A stretch of DNA of 64,000 bases from the human T2T-CHM13v2.0 reference genome, Homo sapiens. Below the pieces are notes generated by a model. The model saw nothing but the letters and a program-made list of their open reading frames with translations. It was not told where the DNA came from and searched no databases. Of this stretch, positions 28,759 through 48,754 are shown one piece after another. Within the stretch, counting starts at the first letter, position 1, and each line of letters begins with the position of its first letter. The translations under genes were made by a program, and so were the position numbers. The DNA lies in the NCBI RefSeq assembly GCF_009914755.1, contig NC_060930.1. One strand, written 5' to 3'.

Positions 28759-28928
28759 TAGATTTTCTTTATGTTGTGGGACCCAGGAAACACATGCCTC
28801 ATTATTACTAATTTGATTGGGGAGAAAAACCCTAACTTAATGTTTAAAATGTAACTACTTTCTAGGCTTCTTCTCCTTAATTGTTTTTAGTCTCCTTTAT
28901 GGCTGCCTTTTCATACTCTTACAAACAG

Positions 28929-29137
28929 TGCCAGCTGTTCTCCATGTAGCAATCCCAGCCACCATGCAGCATATTGATTACCAGCTTGAGACTGCCCGGA
29001 GCCAGGTATACCGCTACACAGCCATCCTTGAGAAGGCAGCCAACGACCCACTCATGAGGGCTGAACTTCAGCCATATATGTTAAAAGAAGCGCTATATAA
29101 TATACGACAATATGAGGTCTTCCTTCAGATCATTTTG
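28929..29137 (+). CDS. CFAP206: CFAP206 exon 7
   Basis: ACAG|(L)PAVLHVAIPATMQH...YEVFLQIIL|GTGAGT, 209 nt, phase 1-0. Confidence 0.96.
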
Positions 29138-29550
29138 GTGAGTTAAGTTCATAAGACCTGACCTTTTCTATATAATGCAATCTCTTTATATAAGGCCACA
29201 TCAGGTAGAACCAGGTCACTAATTAAGGAGAAAACCTCAGTAACTGCTCGGTTTATATTGCTTTGGTAGGGTTAGGAATCAAAATAGAAACAGAAAAGTT
29301 GGGTTTTGATTTTAATGAAAATATTTTGGTAGAAGTTGAATTTGTATTTTTTCATTGGTACTTGATAATATGATTGTTAGCATGCTGTAGTTAAACAGTG
29401 GTGTATATGTAAGTAATACTATGTTTATTTTAGTTCAGAGCAAGTATGTAACATTGTTTGGCAGGTAGTTGCCTTTCAAATAATTTTTGTGTAATTATTT
29501 GTTCTCACTGTAACAACTGGTACAAAATATTTTTTTAAAGGTTTTTTGTA

Positions 29551-29995
29551 GGCCAGGCAGAGTGGCTCATGTCTGTAATCCTAGCACTTTGGGAGGCAAA
29601 GGTGGACAGATCGCTTGAGCCCAAGAGTTCAAAATCAGCCTGGCCAACATGGCAAAACCCCATCTCTACAAAAAGTACAAAACTTAGCCGGGCACAGTGA
29701 CATGTGCCTGTATTCCCAGCTACTCAAGAGGCTGAGGTGGGAGGATCACTTGAGCCCAGGAGGCAGAGGTTGCAGTGAGCCAAGATCACACCACTGCACT
29801 CTGGCATGGGTGACAGAGGGAGACCCTGACCCTGACTCAAAAAAACGTTTGTTTTTTTTTTTGTTTTTTTTTTAAATATAGATTGGAGTCTTGCTATGTT
29901 GTCCAGGCTGGTCTTGAACATCTGGCCTCAAGCAATCCTCCTGCCTCAGCTTCCCAAAGTGCTGGGGTAACAGGCGTAAGCCACCATACCTAGCC
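29551..29995. mobile_element. Sense AluJ-like (29551-29845) abutting an antisense Alu monomer (29850-29995)
   Basis: Tail-to-tail junction AAAAAACGTTTGTTTTT. Confidence 0.9.
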
Positions 29996-30565
29996 AGATA
30001 AGATTTTTATATCTGGTGTTTTTAGATCTAATGAACAAGCCAAACAGTATCCCTAGAGAGTTGAAAAATATGGTAAAGTGGTGGTTATAAACTTTTTAAA
30101 AAGTAGCAGTGACCTTTCTGTCAGATAGAAACTTACTCAGAATCTTACAAATATAAAACAGATATCTACATAAAGGGACTGGAGGACCTTTTCACTAAGG
30201 GATATCCCCTTGACACTCTAGGGTTGTAAGAAACACAGTCTGTTAATTACTGCATGATGGCAGGTTATGTTCCCACTTGTCACCGTTTACTTTTACACAA
30301 CCTCTGTTTTCCAGTAACTATGAGACTCTCGGTTAGTGGAACTGTCTTTTGTATGAGTGAATGCTAATTTCTTGAGGGATAGAATAGGATGTATTCTGAC
30401 CACCTCTTCTTTTTAACTTGCATTGTAATGACTTGGTCCTTCTATTGGATGCACTTGGTCTGTCCTCTCTCCTTACCTAGCTGTTCTGATGACATGACTT
30501 CATTCAAACTAGGGGTTGTCCTCACAACTAGCCTATCTAATTGTCTTCAGGAGGAAGGATCCTAG

Positions 30566-30887
<322 letters not shown>

Positions 30888-31920
30888 CTATCAGCCTTAT
30901 GTTAACTAGTCAGCTACTAAGGGGATTTTGTAATCAATTTATTTTGAAGTGCATGTGAGTCCACAGGAGTAGAACTTCACATTCACATTTGTCACCTGTA
31001 TTCAGAGGTGATATTATAAGAAAGAACCTTGAGAAACTGTCACACAACTGTAAGGATGTTGCAGAAGATGTCATTCATTATATAGAATCTTCTCATAGCT
31101 TTCAATCATGAATCCACCAACTAAGTCTTAAATTCTCATTGGCGTTCTACTTCTCACAGCTGGAGAGGACAGTGAGTAAAATGTAGAAATGATGAGTGTG
31201 GTCTTTGCAACCAGACTACATGAATTCTAATCATGACTTTGCCACTTACTAAATCTGTGTCCGTAAGGAAGCTGCTTAACTTCCCTGTGCCTTGGTTTCC
31301 GTATCTGTAAAATGGGGTTATTCATAGTCTTCACCATGTAAATAAGGCGGCATAGTGCCTGGTGCAACGGCTCAATAAAGTGATGATGATGTTGTTTATG
31401 ATTATCATCATCATCATTGTTAGGGCCTTAGCTGAACAGCTGTGATTTCATTTGTCTAGTGGAACAAGCTGAAGAGCTTTTATTTTTCCATACAGTATCT
31501 CATTTCCAAGCTCCTTGCTGCTCACGTTGTTGAGAAAGTTAATTTTCTTATCCAAGCACTCTTTATGGCTGTTTTGTACTGACTTTAGTCAGGATCAGGA
31601 TGAGTTTTCTTAACTTTCTGATTCTCTGCTCAAACAGTCTTTTTTGTTTTGTTTTGTTTTGTTTTTAAACTATTCAGTCCTTCCCCATCAGTCTTAGTGA
31701 CAATTAAGGTTGATTATTATGAAATGGATATTGGTTTAATCAGTATTATCTCTAGATTATAAACTGCATCAATTTAAAATTAGCCAAGATTTTTCCTATA
31801 TTAAAATCTATGAATATTCGTTTTAAAGTCACATTATTTGAACTAATTAAAAATTTTAAAGTAGCAATTTTGATTTTTAAAAATTCTCTCATCAAAGTTT
31901 CAGTTTATGTGAACATTTTA

Positions 31921-32275
<355 letters not shown>

Positions 32276-32892
32276 TCAGGCCTTTATCTTCTGCAGTGAA
32301 CACATTGAAATATTCTAGAAAAGAAAAGGGAGTGATGATCGTAGTTTTGTTGACTCTTAACTGAGAGAATAAAATTCCATCTTCCATGGGCTTTTAAAGT
32401 GCAAGGCAGACACCAAAGAGGGAAAGCTGCATGTTATTGTGCAAGTAAGAGCTGCGTTTGACAGCACATTTGTTAAAACCTGTAAGTCAAGATTTTTGTA
32501 GAGTTATTTCCCCCCAAGCTATTTTTGCAGGGCCCATTCACAGACACACAACACAGGGCTTCTTGATTTTTCTTGATAAGGCAAGTAAAAAAATCAGTTA
32601 GGTGGAATTTGTGCTTGTTTTATTATATTTTATTTCTGTTGTAATAAGAACATTAAACATCAGAGATTCCATTCTAATTTCTGCTTCTATAAGTTTGACT
32701 AGACTTGTTGAAAATTGTCCGTGGAAGAAAGTATGAGGAACTTATAAAAAGTGTTTAAAAGGTAGGGGGAAGGGGAAGAAGACAAAGAAACATGCTGGGA
32801 TCACATGCTTTTGCCAAACATTTGAATGTTATGATAAAATTTTTTTAAGTGATAGCATTTTTAGAGGACTAATATTATACTTAAAAACTCTA

Positions 32893-33575
<683 letters not shown>

Positions 33576-33657
33576 TTATTAGAAAAAAAGCAAGAAGCTC
33601 TGTGTGCCTACTCTGAATGGATCCTGCAACTACAGCTTGGGGGAGGGGTCTAGAGTA

Positions 33658-34294
<637 letters not shown>

Positions 34295-34900
34295 TTAATT
34301 GTAGGTTTTAATAAGTATTGCATGTCAAATGCAACTTTTATTTTGGAGAACGTATGCAAATGTATTCCTGTTTCTTGTTGCTGTTGCATAAATCTTAAAA
34401 GACTTTAAAGACTGCATTTTCGTATTGATTCCTAAAACAAAACTTAACAAGCAAGGGGGAAAAAACTCTATGAGGGTAGACAAGAGACCTATTTGATATA
34501 ATAGATAATAGTGTTTGGAGGAATAAAGCAGGAGGAGGAGTAAAGCTTAAACAGCAGTATGGGTAAAATTAAACAGGATACACGTTACATTTATGAATAA
34601 AAATTTGTTAGTTGTAATACAATGATAATAGTTGATAGTACTCATGAAGTAATTATTTTTGTCATTTAAAAGAGTCTAGAAAGCATATAATTAGGCTACA
34701 TACAGATGTCTGAGAATTCAGATGCACCTTTTTCTCTTCAAATAGATGTCATTCTTTTATGCTATACTGATAAACCCACACCACAACCATTTCTGGTGAC
34801 ATCTTGGGCAACACAGTATAATGGTTAAGAGCTGGGCTGTGGGCTCAGATGGTTTGGGATCCACCAAGATTGCTACCCCTTATTAGCTGCATATACTTAG

Positions 34901-35306
<406 letters not shown>

Positions 35307-35432
35307 AAATATAATTATTTCAAATTCAGTGTTTAGCAACTTATTTTCAGACCATGATTGTTGTATCAAATATATTGTTTTTCTTTCAATGCTCTGACTT
35401 TTAAGATTTTCTGCATTCTTCAATGCGACTTT

Positions 35433-36854
35433 TTTCTGTTTAATTTTTCATACTTTATTCCTTGTATCAATAGATTAAGAAAGTTAAAGTTTCCCAAGTG
35501 TTGATTTATAATGTTTGTGTCACACAAAAAGTTCAGTTTCACAAAGAGTAACATTCAGTGATCTATTTAAATGTAATTTTAATCCTTATTTTAAGGTAAG
35601 GGCTTTACAATAAGCTAAATACACACAAACCTGTATATCCTGAACTGCAAAAGCAGTTTCCATAGCCATATATGTTTTAATCAAGTACACATTTCCACAG
35701 TGAACAAGTACTTAGAAATATGTTAATAGAATACTATCCCAAATGCTTATCCTGTCATCAACTTTTAAAACTGTTCTTGCTACTGAAAGCATTTATTCTG
35801 AGAAGATTTAATCTGATATGGGAAAATGAATTCTCCTAAAACTTAACAGATAGTATTTTATAAGCCTCAGAAGGTTTTAAATCAAAAATGCCTTCCAACA
35901 AGCATTCACGTGAAACTTTTAGTTTCTTGAAAAATAATCACTCTTGTTATAAGAAGAAAAGAATATTAAGACAAATTTTCTTTTAAGACAGATACAAATT
36001 CTTACAAAGAACCGTATTTTTCTATATCATCTCCTTAGAAGGATCACAAACCAGTTCACTACCTTTAATAACCTTTCAGTTTACTGTTGTCCAAAAACTT
36101 TAGGATACATGAAGCATGTCTTAGTTATCATAAAGTCAAATATATCTTTTAGATCTTGCATAATAAATAGCTACAGTATAGCTTACAATGGCACAAATAT
36201 AGCTAACATATAAATACTACTTCATCCTTTAGATAGTCAAAAGTCAGAAGGAAATAAATGGTTTACAAGGTACTTTAACTTATTATGTGTGATCATTGAA
36301 ACCCAAGAAGTATTTCAAGTATGCTTATTATGTAAAGACAGGCGATTAAAGGCTCAAAGATCACCGTAAAATTGAAGGCATGAAAATAAAAACTGAAAAC
36401 TTTGTGTTTCTCCATCTTTCAGTTACATGGCTTGATATCTATCAGGACCTTACTATAGAAAATATACAGTTAATATATGTACTTCCCCCAGACGATAATG
36501 AAGTTTCAGAAAGTACAAAAGGTGTCAAGATCCATAGTTTACTTCGTCAAATGGTTTTCCAGTTCATTTCAGTTCTGCATTCATAGTAATCAAGTCTTTA
36601 ACCCTAGCAAACTTCCTTAGGTCCCTTCAAATCAAGAAAACAATATTGTAAACTTGTACTCAACCTCATCTTCCAATTCACATTGCCTTGTGAGTCATTT
36701 CAATGATGAACTCTATGACAGGGTCTTCAAGAATATCCCCTGCTCAGTACAAGGATTCTGGCATCCCCTAAACCACATGGCATACATCACAGGTGAGATC
36801 TCACTAGCTTGCCAACCTGCAGTGCCCTGCTGGCTCACTCCTAACAGGTTTTTC
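35433..36854 (-). pseudogene. TAF13P1: TAF13 processed pseudogene (coding remnant 36525-36791, 5' UTR to ~36850, probable long 3' UTR)
   Basis: Minus strand reads DILEDPVIEFIIEMTHKAM*IGR*G*VQVYNIVFLI*RDLRKFARVKDLITMNAELK*TGKPFDEVNYGS*, the TAF13 C-terminus with stops and no introns; AATAAA on minus at 35454-35459; TSD-like TCAATG(C/T)GA(C/T)TTT at 35420-35432 and 36855-36867. Symbol from recall. Confidence 0.88.
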
Positions 36855-37255
36855 TCAATGTGATTTTATTAAATCTTGTTATCAACATAATTTTCAGAGG
36901 AACCCCTAATTAATTTTATCATTGAGGAATAGGAAAATAACAGCTATACAAAAACGGATTCTTGAGGATCCATTTCTCAAGAATGCAATTATATTTAAAT
37001 CTAAGAATACCTGTATACATTTAAGAAAAATTATACCTATTGTATTTCAAAAGATTCATCCATCTCACAAATATCTTGGGAGCCCCATACATATGCTGGT
37101 ACTGTTCTAGGTGTTGAGGATCTTGCGGAGAACAGACTTCCTGCTGTCATTGAGCCTACTTTCAGAGGATGTGGGGAGCAGGTATGGTCTGAAACACATA
37201 TGATTTTTATAGTAGAATTATAAAAATATTAATGCAAATTATGTTGTTTTCACAG

Positions 37256-37375
37256 TCAGATATAATTACTGGTGCTCAAGAAGTGGAAATGATGACAAAA
37301 CAGTTAGGAGCCCATCTGGAACAACTAAAAATGACCATAAAATCAAAGATAGCGGTCCCAACATCACAAGTCTTT
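37256..37375 (+). CDS. CFAP206: CFAP206 exon 8
   Basis: CACAG|SDIITGAQEVEMMTKQLGAHLEQLKMTIKSKIAVPTSQVF|GTAAGT, 120 nt. Confidence 0.96.
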
Positions 37376-37841
37376 GTAAGTATTTGTCATAAACTTTGAC
37401 CTTAAGGTGAATTTCCTTTTGAGCCCTATAATATTGGATCGCAAGTCATTATAATTATATTTAATTTCTAAAAATATAATGTTTTGTATAAATTGATCCT
37501 GTTCTTTATGGTTACTTTGCCGTAATAGTGTGCTATAAGTTGGATGAGAGAATTCCCCCACATAAGCAACTGCTACTAAAGGAACTGCAACTGTATAGTA
37601 TGATAACCATATCAGTATTGGCTGTGACAACAGAAATAATCATTGTACTGTGGTTGAAAATGTATTCATAGTAGCTGGTCAGAAATTGCCTCCAGTACAG
37701 AGATGATGTAACTTGTGACCTTTCTGAAAAGACAGATAATAATCACTTTGTTTACCAGGCCTGCACTTACATTGAGTTTCTGATTATCTGCACCATTTTA
37801 TGGACAAACCTGGCAAACCTTATCTGGATAAGGAGGTATAA

Positions 37842-38168
<327 letters not shown>

Positions 38169-38499
38169 TATATGTAGTATTATTATAGAGGATATGAGGC
38201 TGTAATAACTTTCTGCAGTCATCCCCAGTATTTGGTTTAAAAACCAAGAAACAAAAGGCTAAATTGTTTAACTTAGATGTGGGGCCTTATTGATTTTTTC
38301 ATTTGTTCTATAAGTCAGTGACCTTTAATAGGAATAAGAAACATATCTCACTGGCCTCAAATATTTAACTTGCAGCTCACAAAACATGGCCCAAGATATA
38401 TCTCTATACTTTCCAGGTTCTTTTGCAATGATTTGGCCAGAAAAAATCTAATTATAATGAGTCATATTTAGCTTTTTAATTTATTTTTTACTTTCTTAA

Positions 38500-39064
<565 letters not shown>

Positions 39065-39355
39065 TGAAGAGTCCATAAATCTTTCTTAGGTGATCACATG
39101 TGTTTGGCTTTTTGAAGTAAACTAACTTTATAATAATCGTACTAAAATAAAATGCTTTGAAATAAAATGCAAGTTTATTTTCTCATAATTTATGAGTTAA
39201 ATGTCTATCTAAAGTCTACTGTCTAAGTTCGTAAGACTTTTGCTTAGGGAGAATTAACTTCTTTACAAATGACAATTGTATTTATCTTAAAGAGTACAGT
39301 GATTTATAATTTTATTACACAGTTGCATTTTGAATATTTTTTTTCTCTTCCTCAG

Positions 39356-39554
39356 CCTATCTTCATTGCACTTTCTACTCTGTGGACCAGCTTGCAAGAC
39401 GAAACTATTGTGGTTGGTGTCCTCAGTAATTTATTCACTCACATTCAGCCATTCTTGGGTGCTCACGAACTATACTTTCCTGAGAGAGTGATGCAATGTC
39501 ATCTTAATGGAGCGACTGTGAAAACTGATGTGTGTAGAATGAAAGAACACATGG
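39356..39554 (+). CDS. CFAP206: CFAP206 exon 9
   Basis: CTCAG|PIFIALSTLWTSLQDE...DVCRMKEHM+G|GTAATG, 199 nt. Confidence 0.96.
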
Positions 39555-39687
39555 GTAATGAAAATCATCCATTATTTCCTCTTCTTTTTAAAATTACCTC
39601 TAGAATAAAGTCACTCTTTTGTTCTAAAAATTTCATATCTTTCTGATAAAGCATTAAACATTTTTCTTGATTATAAAGTACTAATGA

Positions 39688-39977
39688 GGGCCGGGTGTGG
39701 TGGCTCACGCCTGTAATCCCAGCACTTTGGGGGGCCGAGGCGGGTGGATCACCTGAGGCCAGGAGTTCGACATGGCAAAACTCCGTCTCTACTAAAAATA
39801 CAAAAATTAGCCGGGCATGGTGGTGGGCGCCTGTAATCCCAGCTACTGGGGAGGCTAAGGCAGGAGAATCACTTGAACCTAGCGGGTCAGAGGTTGCAGT
39901 GAGCCAAGATTGTGCCATTGCACTCTAGCCTGGGTGACAGAGTGAGACTCCATCTCAAAAAGAAAAAAAAAAAAAAA
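39688..39977 (+). mobile_element. Alu
   Basis: Sense Alu; TSD AAAG(T/C)ACTAATG. Confidence 0.95.
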
Positions 39978-41762
39978 GCACTAATGTTTATGAGAGGAGA
40001 TGTGGAAAACAGAAAAAATGTAAACTGAATAACTTACTGTCCAGCAATAACCATTCGTAGTGTTATCGTTCATGTTTTGGTTAACAATCATTTTTTGTGC
40101 AGATGTGTTTCTATTGCAGTCCTAGTAATTTTATTATTGATTTGTTGGAGAAAAGAATATTAATCATTGCTATTTTGTTGCAAATAAAGCTCCATTTCTT
40201 TAGAATGTTATTTGTTATATATCTACCTCAGATTCAAGTTGGGAATTTACAAACCAATAAATGTTATCCCTGTAAAATTAATTGAGCTTATTTAGGTCCT
40301 TTAGAAGATGCATTGATTCTTACAGAAAAACAATCTTTATCAATAAACTTTTAACCATTTTAGACCCTTCTATCTTAGCTAAAGACACTTTAACATTTAT
40401 GAGGAATGCCAAAAAAGAGCTTGGGACTTGAGATGTTGATGTTGCATAAAAAGAGAGTTTTTTCAGAAACTGAAATTAATAATTTACTCTATGAATTTTC
40501 TTTTCAAATTCTATTTTTTAAAGATGAAAAATAAAAATATAGCAGTCATTTCCCAAACTATTAGAATACATAAAAACTGAAAACTAAACCAGAAACTAAA
40601 AAATATCCTTTCAGTTCAAGTTTTTTATTGCTCATTTCATTTCATTAAAGCAGCATATGTAAGCAAATATTAAATGAAATTGAAAAGTTAAAGTATCTCC
40701 AACAGTGTATATTAAGCTAACCATATTGGCAAGACTGTTTACCTGCAACTTCTTAGATTTAGATGTGTCATTTTCTACCATACGTCAGAACTTTTTATTC
40801 ACTAGAACACTATTAAATTACCACTCCATTGAATTGGTCAAGCCAGTGTTGTTCTAAAAGAATTTCATTTACACCTGCCACATATTGTCATTGTTAGAGG
40901 CTTTCAGGCATATCAGGAAAAAAGAGAGAGGATTTATTTTCTCTAAATTATGCATTTACTTTTAGTGGTAGCCACAAGATCGTTTGTGGTGCCTGCTTTT
41001 TGGGTTTAGAACCAGGCACAGAAGTGTACGTGAGATTGTGAAAGCTAAGAAACTTCGGGAACAATGTTTTATAAATACGTGGTATTATTTGTGTAAAAAT
41101 TTATTCAGTTTGCTTATCAAATGTAAATAGGTAAGCTAACCAACATAGGAAGAATTTTTAAAAATATAAAGAACAAAAATTACACACCTTGTTATCAAAA
41201 TCAGGTAACATTTTCTTGACTTTCTGCTCAGAACCTTCTCTGTTGTTTCAAGAAGCAATAGTCCTAGTTTATAAGCATCATATTAAACATATTTTGCCAC
41301 CTAGCATATTATTAAGAACAACACTATATTGAATGAGGTCAATATATCTCTTTCTGGGTCACATAGCAGCCAGTCTATTCTGCTCAACTCCTTGGGTTAT
41401 TTACTCTGCAGCAGCAGGAAGCACCACACACTTTCGGAAGTGCCCCAGTCAGCTTTTCTCTCAGCAGCAGAGCATGCTTGTCAGAAATGGCCTCTCCTTT
41501 CTGTTCTTCATTCTGGAGCAAAATCCTACCTCCAAGTTTGCCCCAGAAACTTACGTGACGTTATATGTCACTGAGGTCATTTGTACTTCTTTGCTTGAAT
41601 AGACTTCCTCATAAATCTGGTTTTGTGAATATCAAGTTTTTGCCCATCGGGAAAAGTACAAAGCAATAAAAAGGTAATGTTTAGAATGAGCTACTGCTGA
41701 TTTATTTTGGAAATTTAACCTTCTCACTGAATTAAAGCTTTTCTTCTTCTCCTTCATTTTAG

Positions 41763-41903
41763 AAGATAGAGTAAATGTGGCAGATTTCAGAAAACTAGAA
41801 TGGCTTTTCCCAGAAACAACAGCAAATTTTGATAAACTGTTAATTCAATATCGGGGATTTTGTGCTTACACGTTTGCTGCAACAGATGGTCTTCTCCTTC
41901 CAG
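41763..41903 (+). CDS. CFAP206: CFAP206 exon 10
   Basis: TTTAG|(E)DRVNVADFRKLEWLFPETTANFDKLLIQYRGFCAYTFAATDGLLLP+G|GTATAT, 141 nt. Confidence 0.95.
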
Positions 41904-42098
41904 GTATATCATTGGAAATGAGACTGCTCTCCTTTCCCCGATTTTTTCTTTATATGGAGTTCTGTCATTGTCACTTGAATATTCACTTTAAAAACTTTAT
42001 GGAATCTAATGGTGAACTAACAAAGGATCTACAAAGATGATCCAGACAAAGTCTTCATTTTGGAGGTGCTCTGGTGGACTGACATAAGCAAGAAATTA

Positions 42099-42584
<486 letters not shown>

Positions 42585-43154
42585 TTAAAAAATATTCTTT
42601 GTTACTTTGCAGTTATATTTCACTGGCATAGATAGGATTTCTCTGTTAGACGCCTATAAGGAAATGGCTAATATCAAGTAAAATTTCTCTATGATGTATA
42701 TATTATTAGAGCTTCTCCAAAATAAAGAATAAATCAGAGATAGAGATGAAAGAAATTATCATCCAAAAAGTGCTGTGTGAATTGTGAATAAGAAAAAGCC
42801 TGCCAGGGCTAGAATGAAAACAGTGTGACAAGATTGTGTCTTAATTTACTTTACGCCATTAACCTTATTTTTCTTCTTTCTTCATTATTTTTTTCTTTAT
42901 TTCTTTTGTTATGTTTCACAATTGGGTATTTTTTCATTAAAAATAACTATTGGGATTGTGGGTATACAGGCTAGAGAGAACACACAATTGGCTCATTTAA
43001 AAAATGTTATTACATTTTTGATAATGGGAATAACAAAATATTTACTGTGGGAAGTTGAAAGTAATATTCTGAGGCCCAGTGAGGGTCACTGATACTGGGG
43101 AGAAAACAATCAAGAGCCATGCAGAAGTAAAATGCAATGGAATGTAGATAGTTT

Positions 43155-43225
43155 CCTTTTCTTTCTCCTCCCTCCCTCTCTCCCTCCCCTCCTGCCTCCC
43201 CCTCTCCATTCCTTCCTTCCTTCCC
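43155..43225. repeat. CT-rich simple repeat
   Basis: (CCCT)/(CCTT) tract. Confidence 0.85.
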
Positions 43226-43639
43226 TGTTTCACACAAATAAGAAGGGAAAGGAGAAACACGGATGTGGGGTGATGGCAGAGGAAGCATGATATGGTTGGA
43301 AAAGCTATGGGCTAGGGTTCAGAAGAGCCTGGTCTGTGTCCTTAGTGAACTAGGTAACCTTTATGAAATCTCACACCTTCTGTGGACCTCAGTTTCTCCT
43401 CAAGAAAATGAAAAGGATCAACCAGGAGGTCTGTATGGTCCCTTCCAGGGTCTCCCAACTCTGGGTCTAAGAAGAAAGAGGGTGAAGTAGAAAAGTAGAA
43501 GAGCTTTTGGGGCCATGAGTTTCATATTCCTCTCTGGATAAGTGAATTCTGACGATTTCTGCTTACTACATTATTTCTACTTCATTATTTTCTGGGCAGC
43601 AGCAACCTGCATTACCTCAGATGAATTCTGTAGAACTTC

Positions 43640-44115
43640 CCTTCTTCCATTCAGGAGTGGAGACCACATGCCTTAAATCCCAGGGTAACACTGGCACTTA
43701 CCAGTCAGAATCCTTTTCCGATGACTTCATTGACTTCATTGCCTACCACGCTTTGCCTCGTTTGCTCCACTTCAGTGGCACTGGCTTTCTTGCTGTTGTT
43801 GAACAGTTGAAGCCCACTTTCACCTCAGAGCCTTTGCACTCTTGGAAAAACTCTGCCTCCCAGGTTGCTAATCGCCTTGCTGCCTCATTTTATTCAGCCT
43901 TCCCTAATCACTCAATTTAAAATATCAATTGCACACTTCTTCCTTTTACTATGTATTTAACCTGCTTTATTATTTTTTTCATGTAGCACGTGTCACTCTG
44001 TGACCTATGATATATTTGTGATTTTTTGAGAGCAGGGAATTTGTTATCTTCTATAGCCTTAGCACCATGAACATGGTCAATAACTATTTGTTGGATAAAT
44101 GAAAGAATAAATGAG
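43640..44115. mobile_element. L2 fragment
   Basis: CACCTCAGAGCCTTTGCAC...TTGAGAGCAGGGAAT...TTTGTTGGATAAATGAA L2 3' end. Confidence 0.6.
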
Positions 44116-44530
44116 TAAGACAGTGTTGCTCTTTCTAATACAACTTCCACAAACTATGTGGATATTTAATTATCTATAGTCTATGTAGTATCTTTTTACA
44201 GTGAAAAATATTTGCTAATATGCAAATTTGAGTTTTGGAAAAGATGTCCCATTTTTGTAGTTCTTACTGGGTTATTTTAAACATAGTCCTTGCAGTAGTT
44301 AGTTGAAGTAGCTTTGAAAAATCTACCAGATGAGTAAGTGGCTTTTCATAAAAGATTTTTACAATTATTATATCTGGATAGTGGAAAGTATTTTTACATA
44401 AAATACAGTTTAAAATCATACTTTAACATAAAAATATAATTAGTATGTATTTCACATATCATTTAAAAATGTATAAATTAAAATGATAATTATAACATTT
44501 TAGCAAAATAAAAGCATAACTGATATGTTA

Positions 44531-45163
<633 letters not shown>

Positions 45164-45219
45164 TGGAGTGGATGAGGAATGGCTCTATGGTATGTTACAA
45201 ACACAGAGTAACAATATTT

Positions 45220-45528
45220 CTTTTTCTTTTTCTTTTTTTTTTTTTTTTGAGACAGTCTTGCTCTGTCACTTAGGCTAGAGTGCAATGGCACGATCTCAGC
45301 TCACTGCAACCTCCGCCTCCCAGGTTCAAGCTATTCTCCTACCTCAGCCCCCTGAGTAGCTGGGATTAGAGGTGCACACCACCACGCCCATCTAATTTTA
45401 GTATTTTTAGTAGAGATGGGGTTTCACCTTGTTGGTCAGGCTGGTCTTGAACTCCTGACCTCAGGTGGTCTGCCTGCTTTGGCCTCCCAAAGTGCTGGAA
45501 TTACAGGCGTGAGCCACCATGCCCAGCC
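45220..45528 (-). mobile_element. Alu
   Basis: TSD AGA(G/A)TAACAATATTTC. Confidence 0.95.
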
Positions 45529-45590
45529 AGAATAACAATATTTCATAAGTGATCAAGACATTTCATATCTAATTCTTTTTTTATTTTCAG

Positions 45591-45784
45591 GAAATCCAGC
45601 AATTGGAATTTTAAAATATAAAGAAAAATATTACACATTCAATAGTAAAGATGCTGCATATTCATTTGCAGAAAATCCTGAACATTATATTGACATAGTT
45701 AGAGAAAAGGCCAAAAAAAATACAGAGTTAATTCAACTATTGGAACTTCATCAACAGTTTGAAACATTTATTCCATATTCTCAG
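45591..45784 (+). CDS. CFAP206: CFAP206 exon 11 (CDS reaches codon 498 and continues beyond the window)
   Basis: TTTCAG|(G)NPAIGILKYKEKYYTFNSKDAAYSFAENPEHYIDIVREKAKKNTELIQLLELHQQFETFIPYSQ|GTAAGC, 194 nt; no stop in the spliced frame. Confidence 0.96.
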
Positions 45785-46393
45785 GTAAGCAGGGTCAATA
45801 TTTTATGAATTTATGACATTTAAAAATATAGTTAATTTAAAAGTTGTATTTTGTTGTAGAATGCTTCCCAGGTCCACACAGAGAGAGTCAGATGAGGGTC
45901 TTTACAGGTTGTCTGAAAGGGATTCATATCTGAAGATGAAAACTAATTGAATCAAAGAATAATGAAAACAGGATATGGAGTCAAATTGATGAATTAGGAA
46001 ATGGGGAAAATCTGAATCAGAACAACTTCATTGACTTATAAATAATTGAAGCTGCAGTATATTTCTGTATCTGAAATTGGAGGAGCTCAACACAGATAAC
46101 ACAGATAGTAACTTATACTCAGAGCTGCAAAACAATTTAACAGGTTTAAATTGTAGTAGTCTGAAAGGCCACAGAATGGATCTCAAGGTGGGTTTCTTGT
46201 ATGTCTGTGCCTATTGATTAATTCATTCATCTTATTTAGTAAGCCACTTATTGTGTGTCAGTAATTATTCTTGGCATAAGGGATTTCATGAAACAAAACA
46301 GATAAAAATCTCTACCGGTTTGGAACTCACATTTGAATGCCGTATATTCTAATGTTCTTCCTCTTTGTCTCTCATTTTCGTTGTTCATCTCTT

Positions 46394-48715
<2,322 letters not shown>

Positions 48716-48754
48716 CATTTTCTTCTTTTTAAATTGTCAATCTATATAACAGAT

